A DNA stretch of 64,000 nt from an uncultured Rickettsiales bacterium (GCA_964538615.1 CAZIGK010000002.1:72655-136654); one strand, 5' to 3'; shown: positions 17,993-28,122, counted from the stretch's first letter. A program made the numbers and translations. Notes: a model not told the origin generated them from the letters alone.

Positions 17993-19423
17993 TTATGCCT
18001 GTAACTTACGGTAAAAGGTTGATTTTGCCATACCCAACCGTTTGGCAGCCTGAGTGATATTGCCGCCGCACTGCGCCAGCGTTATTTCCATCGCGTCCTG
18101 CTCAAGTTGCTGCATGGTTTTATAGCGGCCATCCGCATCTTGCAGCGGGATATAGACACCACTTTGATTGGTATGCCGACCTGGGATAGTCACATTGCTG
18201 CTTTGTGCGGCCGTTCCTGCATCAATCGGCGTAGGCTCTGGATGCAAATGCGCCAGTAAATCCGGGGTAATTGCCTGCACATCACTGAGCACCAATGCCC
18301 GATGCAGCAAATTTTCCATCTCCCTCACATTTCCCGGCCATGGTTGACGTTGTAGAAAAACTTCGGCGTCCGGCGTCAGGTAACGTGGCGGCAGCATATC
18401 ACTGGCGGAAATACGCTGAATAAAATAATGCGCCAGCGGCAGAATATCCTGAGGTCGTTGACGCAGCGGCGGCAAGGTAATAGGCAGCACATGCACCCGA
18501 AAGAATAAATCTTCCCGAAAACGGCCAGCCCGCACTTCTTCCTGCAAATCCCGGTGTGTAGCGGCAATCAGACGAATATTCACCTTCACAGGACGACTGG
18601 CGCCCACAGGTTCCACCTCGCGTTGTTGCAGCGCACGCAGCAATTTCACCTGCGCATCCGGTGGCAACTCGCCAATTTCATCCAGAAACAGAGTACCACC
18701 CTCTGCTTCCCGTAGCTTACCAATGCTACGGGCAATAGCGCCTGTAAATGCCCCTTTTTCGTGTCCAAACAATGTGCTTTCCACCAAATGCTCAGGGATA
18801 GCACCACAGTTAATAGCAATGAATGGTGCGCCTTGCCGACGTGATTCCCCATGGATAGCACGTGCGAAAAGCTCCTTCCCGGCCCCTGTCTCGCCGCTTA
18901 TCAATACCGGAATATCGGATGCAGCAGCCTTACGCCCCATGTTCACAACTTCAGCCAAACCCGCATCATGCCCGATGAGATCATGGAACGAGAGCGCACC
19001 TTCCCGGTCACGCCGCAAACGGGACACCTCCCGCGTGAGAGCAGAAAAACGAATGGCATTTTGCAATACCATCTCTAATTGATCCGATTGCACAGGTTTG
19101 ACCAGATATTCATATGCCCCTTGCTTAATGGCACGCACAGCCTGCGCGGTATCTTCCTCACCGGTCAGCATAATCACCGGAATATCCGGGCGGTATTTGC
19201 GTAGATGCTCCAATGTTTCAAAACCGTTCATGACAGGCATATGAATATCCAGCAAAATAGCAGATATAGCATCGGCAGGTGCGGCTTGCAGGCAGCTTAA
19301 AGCCTCGCGGCCATGATTGGCACACTTCACTGAATAACCGAGTTTATTGGACAGCAAAGCCTGTGCAATGCGTTGCTGAATGGCATCATCTTCTACCAAC
19401 AAAATACAACCACCGGTACTCAT
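17993..19423 (-). CDS. Sigma54-dependent response regulator (NtrC-family bacterial enhancer-binding protein)
   Basis: REC domain (ILLVEDD ... ILLDIHMP ... LVKP). AAA+ domain with Walker A GETGAGKE and the sigma54-contact motif GAFTGA. C-terminal HTH GNITQAAKRLGMAKSTFYRKL. Confidence 0.9.
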   Translation of the reverse strand: MSTGGCILLVEDDAIQQRIAQALLSNKLGYSVKCANHGREALSCLQAAPADAISAILLDIHMPVMNGFETLEHLRKYRPDIPVIMLTGEEDTAQAVRAIKQGAYEYLVKPVQSDQLEMVLQNAIRFSALTREVSRLRRDREGALSFHDLIGHDAGLAEVVNMGRKAAASDIPVLISGETGAGKELFARAIHGESRRQGAPFIAINCGAIPEHLVESTLFGHEKGAFTGAIARSIGKLREAEGGTLFLDEIGELPPDAQVKLLRALQQREVEPVGASRPVKVNIRLIAATHRDLQEEVRAGRFREDLFFRVHVLPITLPPLRQRPQDILPLAHYFIQRISASDMLPPRYLTPDAEVFLQRQPWPGNVREMENLLHRALVLSDVQAITPDLLAHLHPEPTPIDAGTAAQSSNVTIPGRHTNQSGVYIPLQDADGRYKTMQQLEQDAMEITLAQCGGNITQAAKRLGMAKSTFYRKLQA

Positions 19424-19489
19424 GCCACTCCCCTTCTCTATGCGACATCTTACATGGCTGAGCATACAACAAATGAATGCTTGTGCGTA

Positions 19490-19507
19490 GCAATTTGAGA
19501 AAATTGC
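19490..19507. promoter_or_regulatory. 18-bp palindrome, candidate enhancer/operator site in the divergent promoter region
   Basis: GCAATTT-GAGA-AAATTGC. It lies about 90-105 bp upstream of the sigma54-like element at 19598. Confidence 0.3.
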
Positions 19508-19597
19508 GTACCAATATTCTCATATCGAAACGCTTTACGCAAGTACAATCCACATGCTGATGCACCTATCCTACTGTTATAACAAAATTATGCCCGT

Positions 19598-19613
19598 TGG
19601 CACAGGGCATGCA
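19598..19613 (+). promoter_or_regulatory. Candidate sigma54 (-24/-12) promoter for the pseudo-receiver operon
   Basis: TGGCACAGGGCATGCA has GG/GC at exact consensus spacing, with the -12 element ATGC instead of TTGC. It lies about 55 bp upstream of ATG 19668. Confidence 0.4.
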
Positions 19614-19667
19614 CTTATTTTCATACCATGCAAAAGAGTGACGGCATTAGGTGAAGGAGTAAACGAG

Positions 19668-20504
19668 ATGCATAGCATAGACCACACCACCCTGCCCCAT
19701 CTGATTCCCCTGATTGAAGATGCACAGGCTCTTGGCACGCCTCTTCGCGGCATTCTTCTCTGCTTCAGCCATTTACCACGCCTTCCTTTCTCTCTGGAGG
19801 AAATGGCCGCCAAAGCAGTACAAACAGCTCGGCAAACCCTGCCAACCACAGAACTGGCGGCCTATTGTTCTCAGGATGGTGATATCCTGTTATTGGCTGC
19901 GACATTGGGAAAAACAGACGCAGAAACCATACTGCAAAGCATTGCTTCACTGGCTGAACAACCTCTTAAACCGTATTGGGCAGATTACTTTTACGTCGCA
20001 ACCCGCGCCAGTGGGCTTATTTCATGGCTGGAGAGCAAAGCCACAATGCTACGGCAACAGCCCTCAAGAGAGATAATCTTACCCCTCATGGAGCCAGAGG
20101 TCTGGCAATGTATGCGCAGCAACCGTAGCCGTGCAGTGGTGCTGCTGGTTTCCCCATCCCTGCCCCAGCAACAGGCGCTAGAGAATGCTTTCCACCATGA
20201 TGCCGATGTGCATTGGGTGCAGGATAGCCAGCACATCATGGCCTACTACCGAAGCTACGTACCGGACATGGTGTTGCTGGATATGGCACTCCCTGAAGAA
20301 AGCGCTGAAAAAACGCTTCGGCATTTGCTTAGCAAAGATAGTGCGGCCTACGTACTCATGCTGGGCAGCGAAGCGCAACGTGAAGCCATGGCCACCTGCT
20401 TGCAGCACGGGGCTGCCGGATTTCTTCTTCCCCCCTATCAAACCGAAAAACTGATGTTTTATCTGGCGGAAAGCCGCACACATCATCAGCAAGCAGCGTT
20501 GTAG
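19668..20504 (+). CDS. Protein with a C-terminal degenerate receiver (pseudo-receiver) domain
   Basis: GAAGGAG RBS before ATG 19668. The C-terminal REC-like fold keeps the central Asp (MVLLDMALPE). It lacks the N-terminal acidic pair (VVLLVSPS) and the conserved Lys (GFLLPPY instead of ..KP.). Confidence 0.6.
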   Translation: MHSIDHTTLPHLIPLIEDAQALGTPLRGILLCFSHLPRLPFSLEEMAAKAVQTARQTLPTTELAAYCSQDGDILLLAATLGKTDAETILQSIASLAEQPLKPYWADYFYVATRASGLISWLESKATMLRQQPSREIILPLMEPEVWQCMRSNRSRAVVLLVSPSLPQQQALENAFHHDADVHWVQDSQHIMAYYRSYVPDMVLLDMALPEESAEKTLRHLLSKDSAAYVLMLGSEAQREAMATCLQHGAAGFLLPPYQTEKLMFYLAESRTHHQQAAL

Positions 20505-20570
20505 CAGAGCGGATATCTGGTGGCTCGCCACTTTATCCACAACAAGACGCCCCTGAGAAGGAGTACACCT

Positions 20571-20765
20571 ATGAAACAAGAACTATTTCTCATCTGGCTG
20601 TGCGCCAATATGGTTGCCATCTCTCTCATTCTGCTGGGCTGGGCAGCGCAGGCAGAATGGTTTGACGCAATGGATGGTGTTTTGGATATATCACAAATCT
20701 TTGTCGCGCAGTTTGTTTTGGGCATATACATGTTCTTTGGTGGAAAACCCGCTTGCCATATATAA
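20571..20765 (+). CDS. Small (64 aa) two-TM membrane protein
   Basis: GAAGGAG RBS before ATG 20571. Two hydrophobic helices are present (LFLIWLCANMVAISLILLGWAA and IFVAQFVLGIYMFFGG). Confidence 0.45.
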   Translation: MKQELFLIWLCANMVAISLILLGWAAQAEWFDAMDGVLDISQIFVAQFVLGIYMFFGGKPACHI

Positions 20766-20985
20766 TAGCAACGAAAAAGGCTCGTATTAGAGATACCCCC
20801 CACTGCAAGGCTTTCTTACCTTGCTTGCCATTTATGCCGTAAAAAGAAAAATACACGCCATAGTTTTAATTTATTCTACACCAACTCTCCTGCAAAATAC
20901 AAAGAAGCCTTAGTGATTGTTTTCGCAAAATCCAAAAAATGTGACAACACTGCTCAGGCCGTCAATGCAGAGAGGCCGTTGCAAG

Positions 20986-23900
20986 ATGAAGGCACCCCGA
21001 ACCAACCACTCTACGGATAACGGCTCGCCAATTGCTTCAGAATGGGCAGACATGCAGTACCCATTACTGAACTCTATTATTGCTTCTTCCCATGATGCTA
21101 TTATAGCCCGAACGCTGGATGGGACGGTGACCTTCTGGAACCATGGAGCAGAATTGCTCTATGGTTACACAGCGAACGAGATGCTCGGTCACCCTATTGA
21201 ACGCTTGTTTGTGGACGAACAGGCGGATGAAGAAAACGCCATGCTCTCCAGAATACTGGCAGGAGAACGCATCAACCAGTGGCACGCACGTCGTAAAACA
21301 CGTGATGGGCAGTTGTTGAATGTATCCCTGACTGTTTCTCCCATTCACAATGCTGAAGGCCACGTGATTGGTATCTCCAAAATTGCGCATGATATTACGC
21401 GCATCAAGCAGACAGAAGATCACCTGCGTGAAACAAAAAACATGCTGGAACTAGCGGGAGAAATGGCAGGTCTGGGGTACTGGCGGGTGGATTTACAAAC
21501 GGGGGTGCCGTTCTGGTCATCCCAAACCTATCGGATTCATGGCGTACCTGAAGACAAACCTCAGCCGGATATGCAACAGGCGCTTGCGTTTTATCATCCG
21601 GAAGACCGGGCAGATGTCCAGACCGTTGTACGTGAAGCTTTGGAGTGCGGCAGAGATTTTCACTTTCGTAAGCGCATCCTCCGCGCAGATAACGGAGCTG
21701 TTCGCGTGGTGGAAGCTATTGGGCGAATTGAAACAAAACAGGATGGCACACCTTACAGTCTGATTGGCACCCTACAGGATGTCACCGAGCAGGAAGCAGA
21801 ACGGCAGGCATTGGCAGAAAGTGAAGAACGCTTTGCTCTGGCCGTCAAAGGATCCGCCGGTGGGGTGTGGGATTGGAATATTCAAAAAGACACCATGTAT
21901 TACTCTCCGCGATTCAAGGAAATGCTGGGATATGCCGAGCATGAATTCCCTAACCGCTTTTCCGCGCTGGTAGAACGACTCTACCCGGAGGATGAGTGCC
22001 TGTTCCACAATGCGCTACGCAATCACCTGGAAGCACAGGAACCCTATGACATTGAATATCGCCTGCGCCTGAAAGATGGGCATTACCGCTGGTTTCGTGC
22101 CCGTGGGCAAGCCTTATGGCGCGAAGGAAAGCCTGTACGAATGTGCGGCCACATGGCGGATATCAGCCAACGCAAACTCTCCGAAAGCAGACTACAAGAG
22201 TCATACCGAAAGTTGGAATGGCAGCAGGTAGAGCTGGAAGCCGCCAAAGAAAAAGCAGAAGAGGCCGCACGTCTGAAAGCAGAGTTTCTGGCCAATATGA
22301 GTCATGAGCTACGCACACCGATGAATGGTATCATTGGCATGACCAGCCTGCTACTTAGCACAGAGCTGCAACCCACCCAGCAACTGTATGCCGAGACGGT
22401 CGCGCAATCCGCGGAGAACTTGCTGCAACTACTGAATGACATACTGGACTTCTCTAAAATTGAAGCAGGGAAGATGCAGCTAGAGATCATCCCGTTTGAT
22501 CTGTATCTATTGCTGGAAGAAGTCGCCCGCCTGACTCTGGCGCGTTCTCTGGAAAAAGGGGTGGAAACCCTGCTACGCATCGCCCCCAATACGCCACGCT
22601 ATGTCATGGGGGATCCAAGCCGCCTGCGGCAAATATTGCATAACCTTGCCAGCAATGCGCTGAAATTCACAGAAAAAGGGCATATTATCCTTAACGTGGA
22701 ATGGCAACAGACCCCCAAAGGAGAGCGTTTTCTGTTCGAGGTAGAAGATACGGGCATCGGCATACCGGATGATAAATTAGACTATATTTTCAATAAGTTC
22801 AGTCAGGCAGATAGCTCAACTTCCCGCAAATTCGGCGGCACCGGCCTAGGGCTGGCCATATGTAAAGAACTGGCACACATGATGCAGGGTAGCATTGGGG
22901 TAGATAGCCAGTTAGGGCAAGGCTCCCGCTTCTGGTTTACCGCACATTTGCAGGAAGACGCAAACATTGTGCATCTGAATGCACGCAACCAGCCAGAACT
23001 ACTGGCGGGTTGTCGCCTGCTTATAGTGGATGATAACGCCACTGCCCGTATCATCATGCAGGAATATCTATCCGCTTATCATGCGGAGGTGATACTGGCA
23101 GAATCCGGCAGAGAGGCGCTGGATCTGCTGTCCAGCCATCCTTCAGATTATTTTGATATTGTGATTGTGGATTACCGCATGCCGGAAATGGACGGTAAAG
23201 AGCTGGCCGGGCATATCCGCCAAAACCCGCAGTGGCAACGCATGCGGCTGCTGATGGTATCCTCCTCTCCCATGCGTGGGGACGGAGCGGAAATGCGAGA
23301 ATTGGGCTTTGATGCCTACCTGACCAAACCGCTGCAAGCAGCAGACCTGACCCAGACAGTCGCCCTCCTGCTACAGGCACGCGCACAAGAGGCCACCCTG
23401 CCCATGGTCACCAGCCACCACCTGCGGGAAGCACAGGCATATCAGGTACAAAGGCTGAGCCAAAGCTGCTTTACAGGGCGGCATATTCTGCTGGTAGAAG
23501 ATTACCCTGTCAATCAGATGGTGGCAAAAACCATGCTGGAACAACTGGGCTGTACGGTCAGCATCGCCAATCATGGACGGGAAGCACTCGCAGCATGCAC
23601 CCCGGAGAACCATGGCTATGACCTGATACTGATGGATTGTCAAATGCCAGAGATGGATGGATATGAAGCAACCCGACGCATTCGGCAGTTAGAGGCGGCG
23701 CAGCAACGCCCTCCGGTTCCCATCATTGCTTTCACAGCGAATGCAATGAAAGGGGACAATGATAAATGCTTTGCCGCCGGAATGGACGATTACCTGACCA
23801 AACCCATCCGGAAACTGGACATGACCGTGATGCTGGAACGCTGGTTAACCGGATACGAGCCAAAGGGACAGATGACAGCGGATACTACACCCCTGACACC

Positions 23901-24276
23901 GTCCCCGCAGCCATCGGCGGAACTCTCCCTCCCCCGCTTGCAGTTAGAAACCTATCGCTACCTATGCGATGTGTTGGGCGCCGCCGCTGCCGAGCTAACC
24001 GCACAGTTTTTGCGGCAAACCCATCAGCAGTTGGAAACCCTGTCCGGACTGCTGCAAACCAGCCCCTACCCATATTCGGAGATTGCCGATGTGGTACACC
24101 CGGTCAAATCCTCTGCTTCACAATTCGGCGCAGAACGCCTGAGCGCCCTCGCCCGCCGTATAGAGCAAGCTGCCAGAGCTGCAGAAGAAGGGTTTAGCTT
24201 CCTTGCTGCTTATGAACAACTGCAACAGGAATATGAGGCATTGGCCATGGAGTTAAGCCGCTATCAACAGGATTAG
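20986..24276 (+). CDS. Hybrid sensor histidine kinase: PAS x3, HisKA, HATPase, REC, REC, Hpt
   Basis: H-box SHELRTPMNGIIGM, with G-boxes DTGIGI and GGTGLGLAICK. Two receivers are present (LLIVDDN...VIVDYRMPEMDG...LTKP and ILLVEDY...LILMDCQMPEMDG...LTKP). C-terminal Hpt is VVHPVKSSASQFGAERL. The start could be 20917, 20965 or 20986. Confidence 0.9.
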   Translation: MKAPRTNHSTDNGSPIASEWADMQYPLLNSIIASSHDAIIARTLDGTVTFWNHGAELLYGYTANEMLGHPIERLFVDEQADEENAMLSRILAGERINQWHARRKTRDGQLLNVSLTVSPIHNAEGHVIGISKIAHDITRIKQTEDHLRETKNMLELAGEMAGLGYWRVDLQTGVPFWSSQTYRIHGVPEDKPQPDMQQALAFYHPEDRADVQTVVREALECGRDFHFRKRILRADNGAVRVVEAIGRIETKQDGTPYSLIGTLQDVTEQEAERQALAESEERFALAVKGSAGGVWDWNIQKDTMYYSPRFKEMLGYAEHEFPNRFSALVERLYPEDECLFHNALRNHLEAQEPYDIEYRLRLKDGHYRWFRARGQALWREGKPVRMCGHMADISQRKLSESRLQESYRKLEWQQVELEAAKEKAEEAARLKAEFLANMSHELRTPMNGIIGMTSLLLSTELQPTQQLYAETVAQSAENLLQLLNDILDFSKIEAGKMQLEIIPFDLYLLLEEVARLTLARSLEKGVETLLRIAPNTPRYVMGDPSRLRQILHNLASNALKFTEKGHIILNVEWQQTPKGERFLFEVEDTGIGIPDDKLDYIFNKFSQADSSTSRKFGGTGLGLAICKELAHMMQGSIGVDSQLGQGSRFWFTAHLQEDANIVHLNARNQPELLAGCRLLIVDDNATARIIMQEYLSAYHAEVILAESGREALDLLSSHPSDYFDIVIVDYRMPEMDGKELAGHIRQNPQWQRMRLLMVSSSPMRGDGAEMRELGFDAYLTKPLQAADLTQTVALLLQARAQEATLPMVTSHHLREAQAYQVQRLSQSCFTGRHILLVEDYPVNQMVAKTMLEQLGCTVSIANHGREALAACTPENHGYDLILMDCQMPEMDGYEATRRIRQLEAAQQRPPVPIIAFTANAMKGDNDKCFAAGMDDYLTKPIRKLDMTVMLERWLTGYEPKGQMTADTTPLTPSPQPSAELSLPRLQLETYRYLCDVLGAAAAELTAQFLRQTHQQLETLSGLLQTSPYPYSEIADVVHPVKSSASQFGAERLSALARRIEQAARAAEEGFSFLAAYEQLQQEYEALAMELSRYQQD

Positions 24277-26189
24277 GCTGCTTTTAACCCCCGCTCCAGA
24301 TATTTGGAAAGACGACGGGCAAAACTGCCGGGATCTTTCAGGTCTTCTCCCTCAATAATGCGCGCCTGATCCAGCAGCAGATATGCCACATCGCGGAAAT
24401 CCTCTGCCTGATCCGGCTTGCTGGCCATATCACACAAATGCTGGACAACCGGATGTCTTGCATTGATTTCCAGAATCTTCGCAGCAGAACCGGGGAGCTG
24501 ATTATTTTCAATCAGAAACCGCTCCATGCGGATATCCATATCCCCTTCATCCAACGCCAGACATGCGGGTGTCTGCGTGAGCTTTTCCGTGGTGCGAACA
24601 TTCTTCACTTCCTGCCCGAAAAGGGTTTTCAGTTCCGTCATCAGTTTCTCTACGGCGTTTTCTTGCGCAATTTCTGCATCCGTCTTGTCTTTGTCGTCTT
24701 TAGGAGCCGTATCGCTGGTCAGTTTAGCCTTGGTAACGGAAAGCAATTTTTTGCCTTTATATTCATGCACCACGTTGGTCCAGAAACTATCCACCTGATC
24801 GGTGAAGAACAGCACTTCATATCCCCGCTGGTTGAAACCCTCCAGTTGCGGGTTGTTCTGCATCGCTTCCGCATCGTCACCCGTCAGGTAATAAATAGCA
24901 TCCTGCCCATCTTTCATCCGCTCGATATATCCATCCAGATCCATCCATGTCCCATGGCTTTGGCTCGACTGGAAACGGCAAATTTCCAAAAGGGTGTCTT
25001 TTTCCGTATCAAATTCGCATAGCCCTTCCTTCACGACCGCGCCAAAGTTTTTCCAAAACGTGGCATAGGCTTCCGCGTCTTTCCCCTTTTTCTTCAATTC
25101 GGAGAGAATTTTTTTGGTCAGGGATTTTTTAATTTTCTCCAGCAAGGCGTTATGTTGCAACGATTCGCGGGAAATATTCAACGGTAAATCTTCAGAATCC
25201 ACCACCCCACGCAGGAAACGTAGCCAGGACGGAATCAACTCCACCCCTTCCTCCGCAATAAAGACCTTTTTGACATAAAGCTTGACGCGACGCATCCGAT
25301 CCGGGTGGAACAGGTCAAACGGGCGCATGCTGGGCACATACAGCAGATAGCGGTAAGAAACCGTACCCTCCAAATGATTATGCAGGGTCAGCCAAGGGCT
25401 ATCCGGCAGGTGCGAAACCTGCTTGTAGAACTCTTTGTATTGCTCCTCGCTCACCTCGGTTTTCGGGCGCATCCATAGCGCACTTCCTTTGTTCAACTGG
25501 CGAGGGGTTGCCTCTTCATCTCCCGTTTCTTCTACATAGATGGGAAACGGAATATGATCCGAATAGGTTTTAATAATATGCTCAAGACGGAAACTATCCA
25601 GATACACACTATCTTCTTTTTTCAGGTGCAGTGTGATGCGGGTACCGCGTGGCAGGGGTTTGCGGGAGGGTTCAATCTCAAATTCGCCCATACCATCAGA
25701 CAACCAGACCCACCCCTGCTCCTCTCCGGCGCGGCGGGTTTTCACCTCTACCCGATCTGCCACCATGAAGGCGGAATAAAAACCTACCCCAAACTGACCA
25801 ATCAGGTTCACATCCTTGCTAACGTCTCCGGTCAGACGGCTGGCGAATTCCTGCGTGCCAGAGCGGGCAATCGTGCCGAGATTTTCAATCAATTCGTCAT
25901 GATTCATCCCAATGCCATTATCCACAATGGTCAGGGTGCGTTTTTTTTCGTCAATCGAAAGGTGAATCGCCAAATCCGGAGCATCTTTCATCAGGCTATC
26001 GTCTGTGCGCGCTTCAAAGCGCAGTTTATCCAACGCATCAGACGCATTAGAGACCAGTTCGCGCAGAAAAATATCCCGGTTGGTATAAAGCGCATGAATC
26101 ATCAGATGCAGCACCTTACTGGTTTCCGCACCAAAACGATGTTTCTCACCTTTTGGGGTGGCTGTTTTTTCTGCTGTGGTGGTTGCCAT
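24273..26189 (-). CDS. htpG: Molecular chaperone HtpG (Hsp90)
   Basis: [37 protein letters not shown] and [15 protein letters not shown] are classic Hsp90 N-domain motifs. Length is 638 aa. Confidence 0.95.
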
Positions 26190-26273
26190 GTGTTATCCTC
26201 TTTTTAAGAAGCCGTTTCTAATCTGGTATCACCTGCGGCATAGACTGCGACTTGCAGGTGTGATGAGGTATAT

Positions 26274-27281
26274 ATGAGTATGCAATACGGTTTTTTCAAT
26301 ACGGGACGATGGATGTTTTTTGCCTGCACAGCATGCACTAGTTATCTGCTGCTGGCGATATATAGCCCTATCCGGGCGGAAACACCCCCTCCCCCCATGC
26401 CCGCTGTACCACAAGCCGTACCCGTATTGGGAGAAGCAGGGGCAGAAAAAACCTCTGACGATCAGGAGTTGCTCTACCGCATCAACGCCGGTCGGCCAGA
26501 GGATGTAAAATTGCTGCTGGAACGTGGCGCCAACCCCAATACCACCAATGCATCCGGCCTGCCCGCATTGGCCATTGCCGCCGAACAGGAGCCGGATATT
26601 GGCTATCCCATGGCCTTTTATCTGATTGAAAAAGGAGCGGATATCAACGCTAATCTGCCACAAGGCACCAGCGCCTATGGCGATACGATTCTGCATATTG
26701 CCATCAACCGTGGCAATCATTCTCTGGTGTGGTACCTGCTGACGAAGGGAGCAGATTTCCTAACCGCCAAAACCCGCAATATGAACGCAGTGGAACTGGC
26801 ACAACAAACCGGCAATGCCGCTATCGCTAAACTGCTACTGGACGCCAAAGCCATTGTCGATCAACGGGAAGCCTACGAAAAAAGTGATGAAGCCCGCATG
26901 AAAATGCTACAGCAATATGCCTATTATGTCTGCGCGCAGGCCTATATGCGCTATTATGCCGCCTCCGGGCAGGATCCGGATATCGTGAAAGCGGATACGC
27001 GCTACAGCGAAGAGGCATTCAACCAGCGGCAAGAGCAAATCAATGCCTTTGCCGGACAATTTATCAGTCGTTACAATCCCTGGCCGTTTCAGCCGACACA
27101 GCAAATGCAGACCATTGCAGAGGCTACGCAGACATTGATAAAAGAAGAGCTGGATCGCTATGTGCGTAACCGTGCCCGACGCGCCGCAGGGGTCGGAAAG
27201 ATGGAGGATTTGCAAAAACGCTGTATGGAGATCAGTCATGGCAAGCTGAATCTGCAAAGCTATCTGGTGAATAAAAAATAG
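26274..27281 (+). CDS. Secreted ankyrin-repeat protein
   Basis: N-terminal hydrophobic signal-like region. Ankyrin repeats are visible (LLLERGANPNTTNASGLPALAIAA; LIEKGADINA...GDTILHIAINRGNHSLVWYLLTKGADF; NAVELAQQTGNAAIAKLLL). Confidence 0.8.
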   Translation: MSMQYGFFNTGRWMFFACTACTSYLLLAIYSPIRAETPPPPMPAVPQAVPVLGEAGAEKTSDDQELLYRINAGRPEDVKLLLERGANPNTTNASGLPALAIAAEQEPDIGYPMAFYLIEKGADINANLPQGTSAYGDTILHIAINRGNHSLVWYLLTKGADFLTAKTRNMNAVELAQQTGNAAIAKLLLDAKAIVDQREAYEKSDEARMKMLQQYAYYVCAQAYMRYYAASGQDPDIVKADTRYSEEAFNQRQEQINAFAGQFISRYNPWPFQPTQQMQTIAEATQTLIKEELDRYVRNRARRAAGVGKMEDLQKRCMEISHGKLNLQSYLVNKK

Positions 27282-27383
27282 TCGCCAAGTGAAGGCGCCG
27301 CAGCCATTGCACCATACACCGAAACAGCGTATAGCTACGGCGTTATATTCAGCCGTGCTTGTGTACTTAACAGGATACCCCTG

Positions 27384-27623
27384 ATGCAGGAAACTCTGAC
27401 CCCGCTAACGGATGCCACCCCCTATATTCTGGCGGCGTATGCCCTGACCGTTGCTATCTTCGGCTGGCTGTTCATCAGTCGCATACTAAAGCTGCAACGG
27501 CTACGCAAACAGTTACACCAATTACAGAGGGATATCCCCTCCCTGAGAGACGCATTGCACACGTCTTCTCCCCCTGCCTCCCCCTCTAACCGCCCCCTAA
27601 CAGGAGAGCATCATGACGCCTAA
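27384..27623 (+). CDS. ccmD: Heme exporter protein D (CcmD-like small membrane protein)
   Basis: Single TM PYILAAYALTVAIFGWLFI followed by a basic stretch RILKLQRLRKQL. It overlaps the ccmE start by 11 nt. Confidence 0.6.
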   Translation: MQETLTPLTDATPYILAAYALTVAIFGWLFISRILKLQRLRKQLHQLQRDIPSLRDALHTSSPPASPSNRPLTGEHHDA

Positions 27624-28119
27624 AACCAAGCGCATCATGTGGCTGGCTGTGGCACTGGCGGTCAGTGCCGGTGGGGTATTTATGGTCTTGCGCTCCTTCA
27701 ATGAGCAGTTGGTGTTTTTTTTCAGCCCGACAGAGCTGCAACAAAAAATTGACCAGCAGGAGGATACGCTTCTCAGACGTACTATCCGTATCGGAGGGCT
27801 GGTAGAAGCGGGAAGCCTGCAACAGGGAACTGACCCGCTGGATCTGATATTCGTCATCACCGATATGCAACAACGCGTGCATGTGACCTACCATGGCATT
27901 CCTCCGCAATTATTTCGGGAAGGACAAGGCGTGGTCGCGGAAGGACAATGGAACCCGGAGAAAAAACAATTTCAGGCGCGTAACTTGCTTGCCAAACATG
28001 ATGAAAACTACATGCCACCGGAAGTGAGTAAAGCCCTGAAACAATCCGGTCAGTGGCAACAGAACGGTTCACCATCCACCACGGAGCCAACGGCTCCCTC
28101 AACGCCTGAGGCAAAGTAA
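27613..28119 (+). CDS. ccmE: Cytochrome c-type biogenesis heme chaperone CcmE
   Basis: N-terminal anchor, OB-fold and the heme-binding motif LAKHDENYMPPEV. Confidence 0.9.
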   Translation: MTPKTKRIMWLAVALAVSAGGVFMVLRSFNEQLVFFFSPTELQQKIDQQEDTLLRRTIRIGGLVEAGSLQQGTDPLDLIFVITDMQQRVHVTYHGIPPQLFREGQGVVAEGQWNPEKKQFQARNLLAKHDENYMPPEVSKALKQSGQWQQNGSPSTTEPTAPSTPEAK

Positions 28120-28122
28120 CCG

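Noticed and set aside
22871-22885. TGGCAC-N5-ATGC sigma54-like match with correct spacing
   Set aside because: It lies deep inside the hybrid kinase coding sequence with no downstream gene start, so it is most likely a chance match. Similar TGGCAC hits at about 6274 and about 29604 have GC one base out of register and are also intragenic.
26190-26273. RpoH (sigma32) heat-shock promoter upstream of htpG
   Set aside because: The spacer contains an inverted repeat (CACCTGC/GCAGGTG). I could not find a CTTG-N17-CYTATNT type element in the right orientation, so no promoter is called.
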